Virus record (IMG/VR): IMGVR_UViG_3300011008_000009
Location: 74,579-138,578 of that record
DNA length: 64,000 nucleotides
Reading direction: 5' to 3' (one strand)
Source: a virus
Shown: piece by piece, positions 22,171-31,165 of the stretch
How the letters are laid out: each line of letters begins with the position of its first letter
Position numbering within the stretch: position 1 is the first letter of the stretch
Notes under the pieces: generated by a model
Database searches by the model: none
The model's input: only the letters and a program-made list of their open reading frames with translations
Told to the model about the DNA's origin: nothing
Program-made: the position numbers and the translations under genes

Positions 22171-22207
22171 TTGAGCGTGGTAAGTAATAATTACTTACCA
22201 CGTTCGA
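22171..22207 (+). other. long hairpin between VR and TR (terminator-like or DGR-associated)
   Basis: perfect 12-bp stem CGTGGTAAGTAA-TAA-TTACTTACCACG (22176-22187/22191-22202) extendable with wobble pairs. Confidence 0.7.
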
Positions 22208-22288
22208 AACCATTAAAATTAGGGAGGTTTAAATCTTATTGTTTAAATAAACAAAAATCGGGTCTTATCAAGCGAAAATACTACGTTA

Positions 22289-22396
22289 GTTGACGGTAAC
22301 TCGAACAACAGTGCTCAATACGGGACGTTCTACTCGAATCTGAACAATTCGACGGCGAATGCGAACTGGAACATCGGCACGACGCTTATTTCTTAT
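22289..22396 (+). repeat. DGR template repeat (TR)
   Basis: AAC/AAT-rich version of VR (in-frame read VDGNSNNSAQYGTFYSNLNNSTANANWNIGTT). Confidence 0.92.
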
Positions 22397-22477
22397 CCTT
22401 TATTATAATGCTTGGTATTATTCACACCCCTTGGTGAAAATTAATTCATTTAAACGTCTGTGAGTAGTTAATCGAAA

Positions 22478-23371
22478 GTGGACGAGAAGATAAGAAAAAA
22501 AATAAAATTGAAATCTTATAATCATCTATGGGAAATATTTATTGCTGATGAAACTATTGATAAAGCAATAAAGAAAGCTTCAAAAGGAAAGTTAAAAAGA
22601 AAACATGTTCAGAAATGTCTCGCTGACCCTAATTTTAAAAATAAAATCAAGGCTTATGCTTTAGATTTTCATAATCGTCCACATAAACCTATTGAGATAT
22701 ATGATGGAATTTGTCGTAAAAAGCGAATTATAATAGTCCCTACTTTTGAGGAACAAGTTATACATCATATGATAGTATTGACCTTAATGCCATTATTTAC
22801 GCACGGTATGTATGAACATACCTATGGTTCAATACCTAAACGTGGTGGTCATAAGGGTGCGAAAAGAATATGTAAATGGATAAAACGCGACCCAGATAAT
22901 TGTATATTCGTTTTTAAAATGGATATACAAAAATATTTTGAGAGTATTTCACACGAAGTTTTAATTGCTAAATTAAAAAAGTATATACACGATGAACAAT
23001 TTATGACCATTCTTATAGAAGTTATTTCTGTAGTAAATAAAGGTATACCGCTTGGATTTTATTTATCGCAATGGCTCGCTAATTGGTTTTTACAAGACCT
23101 AGACCATTATATTAAAGAAAAACTTGGCGCGAAATATTATATCCGCTATATGGACGATATAGTTATTTTTGGCGCGACTGCTGAAGAATTACATTCAATT
23201 CGTATAGCAATTGATGAATATTTAACAAAAAGCCTTAAATTGAATATGAAGAGCAATTGGCAAGTTTTTTTATTTAATAATATTCAAGAAAATAATACAG
23301 AAGTTGGACGTTTCTTAGACTTTATGGGTTTTAGATTTTATAAAATCGTATTATATTACGAAAAACTATAA
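22478..23371 (+). CDS. DGR reverse transcriptase, N-terminal fragment
   Basis: YIRYMDDIVIFG catalytic motif and DGR-type GIPLGFYLSQWLANWFL (SQ in motif 4). Confidence 0.92.
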   Translation: MDEKIRKKIKLKSYNHLWEIFIADETIDKAIKKASKGKLKRKHVQKCLADPNFKNKIKAYALDFHNRPHKPIEIYDGICRKKRIIIVPTFEEQVIHHMIVLTLMPLFTHGMYEHTYGSIPKRGGHKGAKRICKWIKRDPDNCIFVFKMDIQKYFESISHEVLIAKLKKYIHDEQFMTILIEVISVVNKGIPLGFYLSQWLANWFLQDLDHYIKEKLGAKYYIRYMDDIVIFGATAEELHSIRIAIDEYLTKSLKLNMKSNWQVFLFNNIQENNTEVGRFLDFMGFRFYKIVLYYEKL

Positions 23372-23592
23372 TGATAAAGGCAACTCGTAAAGCAAAGCAT
23401 ATTTATAAGAAAGGTAAAATTACTGTCTATGAAGCTCGACAAATGTTATCGTATATAGGTTGGATAAAGGCTACTAATAGTTACCAAATGTATTTAGATT
23501 ATATAGCACCCTATGTAAATATTCAACATTGTAAACATTGTATATCTCGATATGATAAGAGGAGAATGATAAATGAACATAAAATGGTTTAA
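23371..23592 (+). CDS. DGR reverse transcriptase, C-terminal fragment (other frame)
   Basis: IKATRKAKHIYKKGKITVYEARQMLSYIGWIKATNSYQMYLDYIAPYVNIQH, typical DGR-RT C-terminus. Confidence 0.85.
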   Translation: MIKATRKAKHIYKKGKITVYEARQMLSYIGWIKATNSYQMYLDYIAPYVNIQHCKHCISRYDKRRMINEHKMV

Positions 23593-23833
23593 AACCGAAA
23601 GTACAATAAGACCTAAAGAGATTGATACACTTAGTTCTCCTACTACAGTGTATTTACGGAAAAATATTCAAGAAATTGAAAGAGAGGACTTTAACGAACA
23701 AAAAACAATTATATATAAATATGATGAGGCAGCACTTACATTTACAGAATACCAAACATATCTTATTGAAAAGCAAAAATCAGAAATTGATTATATTGCT
23801 ATGATGTCTGATATTGACTTAGAGGTGGTATAA
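23573..23833 (+). CDS. hypothetical protein
   Basis: ORF with upstream GAGG. Confidence 0.6.
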   Translation: MNIKWFKTESTIRPKEIDTLSSPTTVYLRKNIQEIEREDFNEQKTIIYKYDEAALTFTEYQTYLIEKQKSEIDYIAMMSDIDLEVV

Positions 23834-23835
23834 GT

Positions 23836-23976
23836 ATGGAATATAGTAAAAATTATAATAAAGTAAAAACTTATTATGAAGAAGAATTTTGGAACGAAAG
23901 TAAAGTAAGGAACGCTGTTGTTAAAGGCTGGATAACCGAAGAAGAATTTTTTGATATTGTCGGAATTAAATATTAA
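23836..23976 (+). CDS. small hypothetical protein
   Basis: MEYSKNYNKVKTYYEEEFWNESKVRNAVVKGWITEEEFFDIVGIKY. Confidence 0.55.
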   Translation: MEYSKNYNKVKTYYEEEFWNESKVRNAVVKGWITEEEFFDIVGIKY

Positions 23977-24264
23977 TTTATTTAATACATTACACTTTTG
24001 TTTTCTATGTGTGAGAGCATAGTAACTTTATAGTTTAATTTTTCAAAAATTTTTTGGAAATTTCTCAAAATTTTTGAGTGAAATTATTACTATTTCACCA
24101 TTTATCGTGAGGGAGTGAGATTCACAAATTTGATTTAACTTTAACTAAATTTAAATCAAACAGTTAAAACAATTAACTAAATGATAATCATTTCCGAAAT
24201 TTCATAAAATTCATCAAATAGATTTAGTTAATTTTACTAACTAATTCTTGATAAAGGAGTACTA

Positions 24265-24696
24265 ATGAACAATAACTTTGGATATATGAATAATCCAAAT
24301 AATCCATATAACCTACCTAACCAATTTTCCCAAAAGCAACAAGTGATAAAAGTTAGTGGTAGACAGGGCGCTGAACTATATTCAATGGGTCCAAATAGTA
24401 GCGCCCTACTACTTGATGAGTCTGGAAAATTAGTATGGTTAATTACTACTGATGGAGCTGGTTATAAATCAATTTATCCATATGATATTAACCCTCATAT
24501 AGAACCGCCAGATCCGCATATTTCAGAATTAGAAAATCGCATGGCGAAAATGGAGGAATTATTAAATGGAATTGCCACTAATTTTGCAGCAATTACAAGG
24601 GCAACAACCGGCACAGCAGTCAACACCAGCACAGCCAATGTCGTTACAACAGAATCAAACGACACAGCAAAAGCCCAATTCGACAGCCAATTTTGA
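24265..24696 (+). CDS. putative virion-associated protein
   Basis: MNNNFGYMNNPNNPYNLPNQF..; good RBS. Confidence 0.6.
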   Translation: MNNNFGYMNNPNNPYNLPNQFSQKQQVIKVSGRQGAELYSMGPNSSALLLDESGKLVWLITTDGAGYKSIYPYDINPHIEPPDPHISELENRMAKMEELLNGIATNFAAITRATTGTAVNTSTANVVTTESNDTAKAQFDSQF

Positions 24697-24919
24697 GCAA
24701 ACGAAGAATATGATAAATATTCTTCGAAACGCAGAAAATCCTTTGGGATTATTACAATTAGTAGCTCAAAAAACAAACAATCCAATAGCGAAAACAGTTA
24801 TTGAATTAAATACAAAATATAATGGTAACTGTGATTTGGCTACGGCTGATTTAATTAAAGAATATAACTTAAATCCTGATGAAGTTAAATCTAAATTGCA
24901 CGATTTAGGTATCATATAA
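24566..24919 (+). CDS. hypothetical protein out of frame with, and overlapping, previous ORF
   Basis: NMINILRNAENPLGLLQLVAQKTNNPIAKTVIELNTKYNGNCDLATADLIKEY. Confidence 0.6.
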   Translation: MELPLILQQLQGQQPAQQSTPAQPMSLQQNQTTQQKPNSTANFEQTKNMINILRNAENPLGLLQLVAQKTNNPIAKTVIELNTKYNGNCDLATADLIKEYNLNPDEVKSKLHDLGII

Positions 24920-24989
24920 TGTATTAACCGGTCTTTACAATGGGTATTGACCGCTAATAAATAAAAATTACTTTTAAGGAGGTAGAATT

Positions 24990-25667
24990 ATGGCTATGGA
25001 AAATGGCGGACTTTCTGCATCAGACGCAATGTTGCTTGGCAGCAATGGTGGACTCGGAGGTCTTGGTGGCTTCGGAGGAATTATAGGACTGTTAGCAGTT
25101 CTTGGTATGATTAACGGTGACGGTATTTTCGGAAACGGAAATCGTAACTGGGGTTATCAGCCACAGTATGCTACACAGCAAGATGTACAGTTTACATCTC
25201 AATTTGGTCAGATACTTGACGGTAACAGAGATATCCTTGCGCAGATTTCTAACAGTACAGCTCAGTCTGTAGCTGCTACAAATCAAACATTCCACGATAC
25301 GATTTCTGTTCTTAGTGACAAGTATTCTGAACTCGCAAGAGATATCGCTGCTTTGGCGGTAACTCAGACACAGGCAATGGCTAATCAGAACCAGTGTTGC
25401 TGCGATATCAAACAGCTTATTCAAGCGGTTGCAGCTAACACCGACGCACAAATAGCTCAGGCTAAGTATGAAAATGCAATGAACCTTGCTGGCTTTGAAC
25501 AGAGATTAAATTCTAAGATAGATGCTAATACTATCCAGGAACTTCGTGATAAGCTCGGCGCAGTTCAAGACCAGTTAAATATGGCTGGTGTAATTCGTTT
25601 CCCTAATAGCTGGACTTTTGGTGCTGGTCCTTTCCCGCCCTTTTATGGTTGCGGCAACAATGTTTAA
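24990..25667 (+). CDS. putative phage structural protein (glycine-rich N-terminus)
   Basis: ORF with AGGAGGT RBS. Confidence 0.65.
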   Translation: MAMENGGLSASDAMLLGSNGGLGGLGGFGGIIGLLAVLGMINGDGIFGNGNRNWGYQPQYATQQDVQFTSQFGQILDGNRDILAQISNSTAQSVAATNQTFHDTISVLSDKYSELARDIAALAVTQTQAMANQNQCCCDIKQLIQAVAANTDAQIAQAKYENAMNLAGFEQRLNSKIDANTIQELRDKLGAVQDQLNMAGVIRFPNSWTFGAGPFPPFYGCGNNV

Positions 25668-25724
25668 TTGAGCGTATTTAGTACGCCTTACTTATGGGAG
25701 TGCTAAATACTAGTACTCCCATTT

Positions 25725-26126
25725 TTGATAATGGAGGGTATGATTATGTTAGAAGCATATAGTGTCAATGTTGAAGTACCGGCTAATAGTTCGGTACCTT
25801 TTAATAATATAGTTCTTGAAAAAGGTTGTACAGCAACTCTGGCTTCTCCTACTACAATAGCATTAAACAAGTGCGGAGTGTATGTAGTTACTTGTACAGC
25901 AAGTGCGGCAGCCGCATCAACTTTACAAATGTATAGAGATGGAGTAGCTTTACCGCAATCAGTAACAGTTGGAACAAATCCGACAATATTGTCTTATATT
26001 CAAGTAGATAGAAATAATAATCCTAATTGTTGCTGTAGTAGTCCTGTAACAGTTAGAGTAGTCAATCCGACCGATGCAGCAGAAACATTTACAAACGTAA
26101 AAATCAATGTTTCTAAACTTTGCTAA
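25725..26126 (+). CDS. hypothetical structural protein
   Basis: MLEAYSVNVEVPANSSVPFNNIVLEKGCTATL... Confidence 0.6.
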   Translation: MIMEGMIMLEAYSVNVEVPANSSVPFNNIVLEKGCTATLASPTTIALNKCGVYVVTCTASAAAASTLQMYRDGVALPQSVTVGTNPTILSYIQVDRNNNPNCCCSSPVTVRVVNPTDAAETFTNVKINVSKLC

Positions 26127-26365
26127 TGAATAATTTAGGTAGCGGACCTAATGGACAGTTGACCTTCCTCGATATAGTTTCTTTAATGAGTTTCTATATC
26201 GGGGTGGAAAACTTAAACGAAAATTTGTCTCAAAGCGACAAGCAAGATCTATTAGCTGATTTACATAATAATGCTAAATTACTATTAGATAAACTACAAA
26301 CTCACCTAGAAAATCAAGATAAAAAACTTGATTTAATATTAGCTCGGTTGGAGGACAAGGAATGA
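26120..26365 (+). CDS. hypothetical protein
   Basis: coupled ORF. Confidence 0.55.
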   Translation: MLMNNLGSGPNGQLTFLDIVSLMSFYIGVENLNENLSQSDKQDLLADLHNNAKLLLDKLQTHLENQDKKLDLILARLEDKE

Positions 26366-26928
26366 CAGTAGAAGAAATTTTTACCAATCTTTGTACTCAT
26401 ATGATAAAAGGTTTAATGTTTCACGAACAACTAAGTCATTACTATCACTTCTTAAATTTAGAAGGATATAAATGTTGCCACGAATATCACTACTTATGTG
26501 AAACTTTAAGTCATATTAAGTTGCAAAGATTTTATATAAATCATTATGATAAACTTATTCCAGAAGAACGAATTAATGGACCAGAGGTTATTCCAAGCCT
26601 ATGGTACAAAAGTTCTCGTGGAGATGTAGATACGACAACTAGAAAAGGCGCAGTTAGAGCTGGCGTAGAAAAATGGCTAGAATGGGAAGAAGATACTCAT
26701 AAATGTTATTTAGACGCTTATTTACAACTAAAAGAACTAAATGAAACTGCGGCAATGCACTTTGTGAAAGAGTTACTAATAGATGTAGAAGAAGAAATTC
26801 AAACCGCAAAGAAAAAACTTCTAGATTTGTCTACTGTTGACTTTTCAATCTCTTATATTGCTGGTCAGCAAGAGGGATTATATAAAAAATATAAAGAAGA
26901 AAAGAAAAAATTATTTGAAAAAGGGTGA
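26362..26928 (+). CDS. hypothetical protein
   Basis: coupled ORF. Confidence 0.6.
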   Translation: MTVEEIFTNLCTHMIKGLMFHEQLSHYYHFLNLEGYKCCHEYHYLCETLSHIKLQRFYINHYDKLIPEERINGPEVIPSLWYKSSRGDVDTTTRKGAVRAGVEKWLEWEEDTHKCYLDAYLQLKELNETAAMHFVKELLIDVEEEIQTAKKKLLDLSTVDFSISYIAGQQEGLYKKYKEEKKKLFEKG

Positions 26929-26933
26929 GCTAA

Positions 26934-27173
26934 ATGGCTTATGTAAAAACCACCTCTCCGGCAACCACAGTGTTCTACGGAGAAAATAACACCGATTTAT
27001 CTCAAATGCCTACTACTATTAAACCCGGAGAAGGTAAATATAGTAATTATGGCTTAGCGCCGAAAGGCTCAATCGCAAAGATACTTACCGATTCTGAATT
27101 ACAATACTATATGTTAAGAAGTACAGGCTGGGTAAGTATTAATGAAGCTCAAATTAAAGGTATTTTAATATGA
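26934..27173 (+). CDS. stand-alone copy of the N-terminal module of the DGR target protein
   Basis: YVKTTSPATTVFYGENNTDLSQMPTTIKPGEG..YYMLRSTGWVSI vs YIQTTSPRTAVFYGESMADLALMPTTTKIGEG..KFMLRSTGWVEV. Confidence 0.7.
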   Translation: MAYVKTTSPATTVFYGENNTDLSQMPTTIKPGEGKYSNYGLAPKGSIAKILTDSELQYYMLRSTGWVSINEAQIKGILI

Positions 27174-27174
27174 G

Positions 27175-27516
27175 GTGATAAAAATGACACTTGAAATAAT
27201 TATACAAATAGTAATAGGCATTATCCTAGTAATTGGCGCGGTTTGCTTTATTCTCAATGAAAAGAAAACCATAAAAGAATGGCTTTTCTTAGCAGTAACC
27301 GAAGCAGAAAAAGCACTCGGTTCTAAAATGGGAAGAATGAAACTCGCGCAGGTATTTAATGAATTTATTAAGGCTTTCCCTATTTTCTCAAAATTCATTA
27401 AAGTTGGTACTTTTACTAAATGGGTAGATTTAGCTTTAGAGCAAATGAGAGAATACCTACAGTCTAATAAAAACGCTAAGGATTATGTAGGATTTACTGA
27501 ACAGAAAAAGGATTAA
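27175..27516 (+). CDS. putative holin (LL-H-like)
   Basis: single N-terminal TM followed by EKALGSKMGRMKLAQVFNEF.. helical region, adjacent to amidase. Confidence 0.7.
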   Translation: MIKMTLEIIIQIVIGIILVIGAVCFILNEKKTIKEWLFLAVTEAEKALGSKMGRMKLAQVFNEFIKAFPIFSKFIKVGTFTKWVDLALEQMREYLQSNKNAKDYVGFTEQKKD

Positions 27517-27525
27517 GGTGATATT

Positions 27526-28566
27526 ATGGGTTGGGTATCTCCTTCAAAATTAGTAGCTGATAAAAAGTACGTACTTAATGGAATAACCATTAATGAATAT
27601 TTATTAGCTAAACATAACGAAAATAATATTAATCTACCTACTAAACGCACTCACAATTTTAAAGGAGTAGTAATACACAACACCAATCCCGCGCAGTCTG
27701 CTGATGATGGAAGACAATATACAGCTGCTACTCTTAATGGAAATGTAGCAAGTAGAACCCATTATTATGTTACTAACTTAGGTGCTTGGAAGAATTTAGA
27801 AGATAGTGATATGAATTGGACTTGTGGAGATGGAACTACAGGCAACGGTAATAATGGTTGTATTTCACTCGAAATTATAATGGGTTCTAAGGGCGGCGCC
27901 GTAGATTTAAAAGCAAGAGATAATGGCGCCAAGCTGGCTGCTTATATATTGTTCATAAATCATATGACTGTGAACGATATGTACACACATAACTATTTTC
28001 TGAACATTCGTAATGGTGTGCAGGGTGACTATTATACTTTATGTACTAAAGCCACCCCGACACGCAATTGTCCTTATTATATAGTGTGGGATTGGGAAGG
28101 ATTTAGAAAACAGGTAGACGGATATATAAAGCAACTGGGCGGCAAGAGTGTATATAATGAAGTTGCAGACTCCAAAAATATTTATGTTGCAACCTCTAAG
28201 GCGGCGATAAGAACGCAGCCTAATAAGTTAGCGAAGATAGTAGACAGAGTAGTAAAAGGTGACTACTATCCCGGCTCAAAAGTGAAAGAAAATTGGATGC
28301 AACATTTATCTAGTGGTTATTACTCTATGTTGAATGATGGCGGCGCCCTGTTCGCAAAAGTAGGAGAATATGAACAAAAGACAACTACCACAAAAGTAAA
28401 TATTCGTAGTGGACCTACTACAAAAAGCTCAATAATTTTAACAGTAAACGCTGGTACAATATTAATAACGTTCACAGATAAGGGCGTTATGAACGAAGGT
28501 CACGAATGGAAAAAAATGGTAATTAATAATAAGTTAGGCTATATAGCAGGAGAATATCTGAAATGA
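27526..28566 (+). CDS. endolysin: N-acetylmuramoyl-L-alanine amidase with SH3-like domains
   Basis: KGVVIHNTNPAQSADDGRQYTAATLNG..SRTHYYVTNLGAW and C-terminal TTTKVNIRSGPTTKSSIILTVNAG. Confidence 0.85.
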   Translation: MGWVSPSKLVADKKYVLNGITINEYLLAKHNENNINLPTKRTHNFKGVVIHNTNPAQSADDGRQYTAATLNGNVASRTHYYVTNLGAWKNLEDSDMNWTCGDGTTGNGNNGCISLEIIMGSKGGAVDLKARDNGAKLAAYILFINHMTVNDMYTHNYFLNIRNGVQGDYYTLCTKATPTRNCPYYIVWDWEGFRKQVDGYIKQLGGKSVYNEVADSKNIYVATSKAAIRTQPNKLAKIVDRVVKGDYYPGSKVKENWMQHLSSGYYSMLNDGGALFAKVGEYEQKTTTTKVNIRSGPTTKSSIILTVNAGTILITFTDKGVMNEGHEWKKMVINNKLGYIAGEYLK

Positions 28567-28991
28567 GTAGCTATGCTGATAGACCTACAAAGCCTACCAC
28601 AAGTCATATTATGCTATATATAATACTTGGCGTATATATACTTGTCGTATTTTGTGGGTTAGGGTTGACTGGTGCTTGCGCGCGAGCAGAAGATTATGCA
28701 AGCGCGAGTACAATAATGATAGCTTTATTTTCCTACTCAGCTGTTTGTGGCACTTCTACTATTGTAATGTATGTAAATAAGGCGGCAAAGGAAAACGAAA
28801 TTAAACTGAATATGGCTAAGTATAAAATGAAATTAGAGTTAGCTAAAGAAATATACAACTCCATTCTTACTCATAATTTGGATTCTCAAAGTATTATGTT
28901 GCTTAAGAACCTAACTGAAGAATTAGGATTGAATAATAATGACCTTCCTATAATGCAGCCAGCTTTTAATAATGCAGAAAGTTTAGGATAA
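28563..28991 (+). CDS. membrane protein, possible second lysis/accessory protein
   Basis: two hydrophobic segments, coupled to endolysin. Confidence 0.5.
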   Translation: MSSYADRPTKPTTSHIMLYIILGVYILVVFCGLGLTGACARAEDYASASTIMIALFSYSAVCGTSTIVMYVNKAAKENEIKLNMAKYKMKLELAKEIYNSILTHNLDSQSIMLLKNLTEELGLNNNDLPIMQPAFNNAESLG

Positions 28992-28997
28992 GGTTTT

Positions 28998-29035
28998 GGC
29001 GCCGGTACCAATCGGCGCCGTTTATTTATTTTGCA
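28998..29035 (+). terminator. Rho-independent terminator
   Basis: GGCGCCG-gtaccaat-CGGCGCC followed by gTTTATTTATTTT. Confidence 0.8.
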
Positions 29036-29138
29036 CAAAAATTATATTTTTCATTTGAGTATTTTGTATAAAACAACAATTGTTTGACTTTTTTGAAATT
29101 TTATGATATAATAGAAGAATAGAAAAGGAGTTGATAAA

Positions 29139-30221
29139 ATGGTTTTGAGCGAAGAACAGGGAGCAATAGTAAATGCAACTGAAAATAGAATAGCTGTTAT
29201 TGGACCGCCTGGCACTGGAAAGACCAGAGTACTAACGGAAAGGATTAAAAGGTTATTAGAAAGTGGAGTGAAACCTCAGGATATCATTGCCATTACTTTC
29301 ACTAACGTCGCGGCGAACGAGATGAAGTCTAGATTACCTAATAGTGACGGAATGTTTATAGGTACTATGCATTCATTGGCGCTACACATTTTACTATCAA
29401 ATGGTATAAATGTGAATATAGATGAAATGGTGCGGAAAAATGATTTTAGTAAGTTGATTTATACAGTAAACGACAATCCTCTATTAAAGAAGCCAGCTGC
29501 TAAATATTTATTTGTAGATGAAGTACAAGACCTGTGTCAATACGAATTTACTTTTATCAACGATTTAATTTATGATAATCTTTTTCTTTGCGGCGATGTA
29601 GACCAGTGTATCTATCAATTTAAGGGCGCGAACCCTACCCTTTTCAATAGTTATTGTAAAGACCGTAATACAAAATTATATATTCTCACTCATAACTTTA
29701 GATGTGGTCAGAATATTATAAATTTTGCTGATTACTTTGTGGAAGATATAAGAGAAATAGATTTCCAAGTAGAGGGCAATTTACAAAAGAGAGGCTGGGT
29801 TCAAAGAACTGATTTTGACGATGCCTTATTTGAATTGTATAATGCCAAATCTTATGGTAATTGGTTTATCCTTACTAGAACTAACTCCGAGTTAGCAGAA
29901 ATTAGCAATAAGTTAGAGAGCTTTAATATTCCCTACACTTCTTTTAAGCAGGGAGACTTAACTAATGAAGAGATAAAAGAGTTATTACAGAATGATAAGG
30001 TAAAACTCTTAACTATTCATTCTGCTAAAGGTTTGGAAACTGATAATGTCATAGTGGTCGGCGCCCGGACTTGGAGCAATGAAGAGAAGTGTATAGCATA
30101 CGTTGCGGCAACACGAGCAAGAAGTATGGTATATTGGTGTCCAAGTATAGCTATACCTAAGAGAAAGAAGAGTTATAATATTAAAACTAAACCCACACGA
30201 CCTGTTATAAAATGGGATTGA
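29139..30221 (+). CDS. UvrD/PcrA-like superfamily 1 helicase
   Basis: EEQGAIVNATENRIAVIGPPGTGKTRVLTERI..TFTNVAANEM..VDEVQD. Confidence 0.85.
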   Translation: MVLSEEQGAIVNATENRIAVIGPPGTGKTRVLTERIKRLLESGVKPQDIIAITFTNVAANEMKSRLPNSDGMFIGTMHSLALHILLSNGINVNIDEMVRKNDFSKLIYTVNDNPLLKKPAAKYLFVDEVQDLCQYEFTFINDLIYDNLFLCGDVDQCIYQFKGANPTLFNSYCKDRNTKLYILTHNFRCGQNIINFADYFVEDIREIDFQVEGNLQKRGWVQRTDFDDALFELYNAKSYGNWFILTRTNSELAEISNKLESFNIPYTSFKQGDLTNEEIKELLQNDKVKLLTIHSAKGLETDNVIVVGARTWSNEEKCIAYVAATRARSMVYWCPSIAIPKRKKSYNIKTKPTRPVIKWD

Positions 30222-30234
30222 TGAAAGGATTATT

Positions 30235-30666
30235 ATGGAAGATATTACAGTTAGCAGCAACTTAGTCCGTAAAGTTTGTGAGTATATGAGAGATTGCTAT
30301 GGTGTAGATAGAGGTATAGTTTGCACCACTCGAAAGTTATATACAATCTATGATATACCAGTAATGCACAAACAATCATCGCTTAAACCGCAGGTGAATG
30401 AAAAACGTGTAAGTAATGTTATATACTTTCATATGTTGAGAGAACTTAATATTCCTTCCGTTTTTTCAGAAGCTATTCATTCGGTTAGTAGCATAGATAA
30501 TCAAATCGTAATACTGTCTACTGACGAAGTCAGGTCTATGCTAGCAGAGATATCTGAAGAAGAAATTAATCCAATAGACCTTTTTGTTAGTAATGTAGTT
30601 TTAACAATTTATACTTTTCAAGGTTATGACTTTCTGGTTATAGATTTTATTAGCTGCGATTTTTAA
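30235..30666 (+). CDS. hypothetical protein
   Basis: ORF. Confidence 0.5.
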   Translation: MEDITVSSNLVRKVCEYMRDCYGVDRGIVCTTRKLYTIYDIPVMHKQSSLKPQVNEKRVSNVIYFHMLRELNIPSVFSEAIHSVSSIDNQIVILSTDEVRSMLAEISEEEINPIDLFVSNVVLTIYTFQGYDFLVIDFISCDF

Positions 30667-30684
30667 GATATAAGGAGGGATATA

Positions 30685-30912
30685 ATGGGAAAACTTAGAA
30701 TTAATATTGATACAGGCGCGAAAATACAGAAGTTTGTTGATATTATAAATGAACACAATATTAACGCTGTTTTAGAGAGCGAAAGTGAAAACGGCACATA
30801 TAGAGTAAGCGCGAAATCTTTACTTGGAGCTTTAGCCACTATGGATTGGAATGAAGTGTGGATTAAAAGCGACGAGGATATTTACTCTTTAATTGAAGAA
30901 TTTGTTGTATAA
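30685..30912 (+). CDS. hypothetical protein
   Basis: GKLRINIDTGAKIQKFVDII.., RBS GGAGG. Confidence 0.55.
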   Translation: MGKLRINIDTGAKIQKFVDIINEHNINAVLESESENGTYRVSAKSLLGALATMDWNEVWIKSDEDIYSLIEEFVV

Positions 30913-31153
30913 GGTGAGGGCAATGAATGTTTTAAATGATGTAATAAACGAAAATATTTATACTGTTGTTCATATAAAAGAAGATGAAAATTTAGTTATA
31001 GGTAAATGTAAAGATATAAAATCTGCAATTCAGCTAATAAATGTTTATTTAAGAGGAAAAAACATAAAGGTACAGAGATATACTGTAACCGAAAAAGATA
31101 ATTATACTAAGTTAAAAAATGGAGAGGAAACTTTCCATTTATATAAAATTTAA
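30893..31153 (+). CDS. hypothetical protein
   Basis: ORF; probable start within. Confidence 0.5.
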   Translation: MKNLLYKVRAMNVLNDVINENIYTVVHIKEDENLVIGKCKDIKSAIQLINVYLRGKNIKVQRYTVTEKDNYTKLKNGEETFHLYKI

Positions 31154-31165
31154 GGAGATAATAAT

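Noticed and set aside
22397-22478. Avd-type DGR accessory gene between TR and RT
   Set aside because: Only ~80 bp and no ORF; any accessory protein must lie elsewhere.
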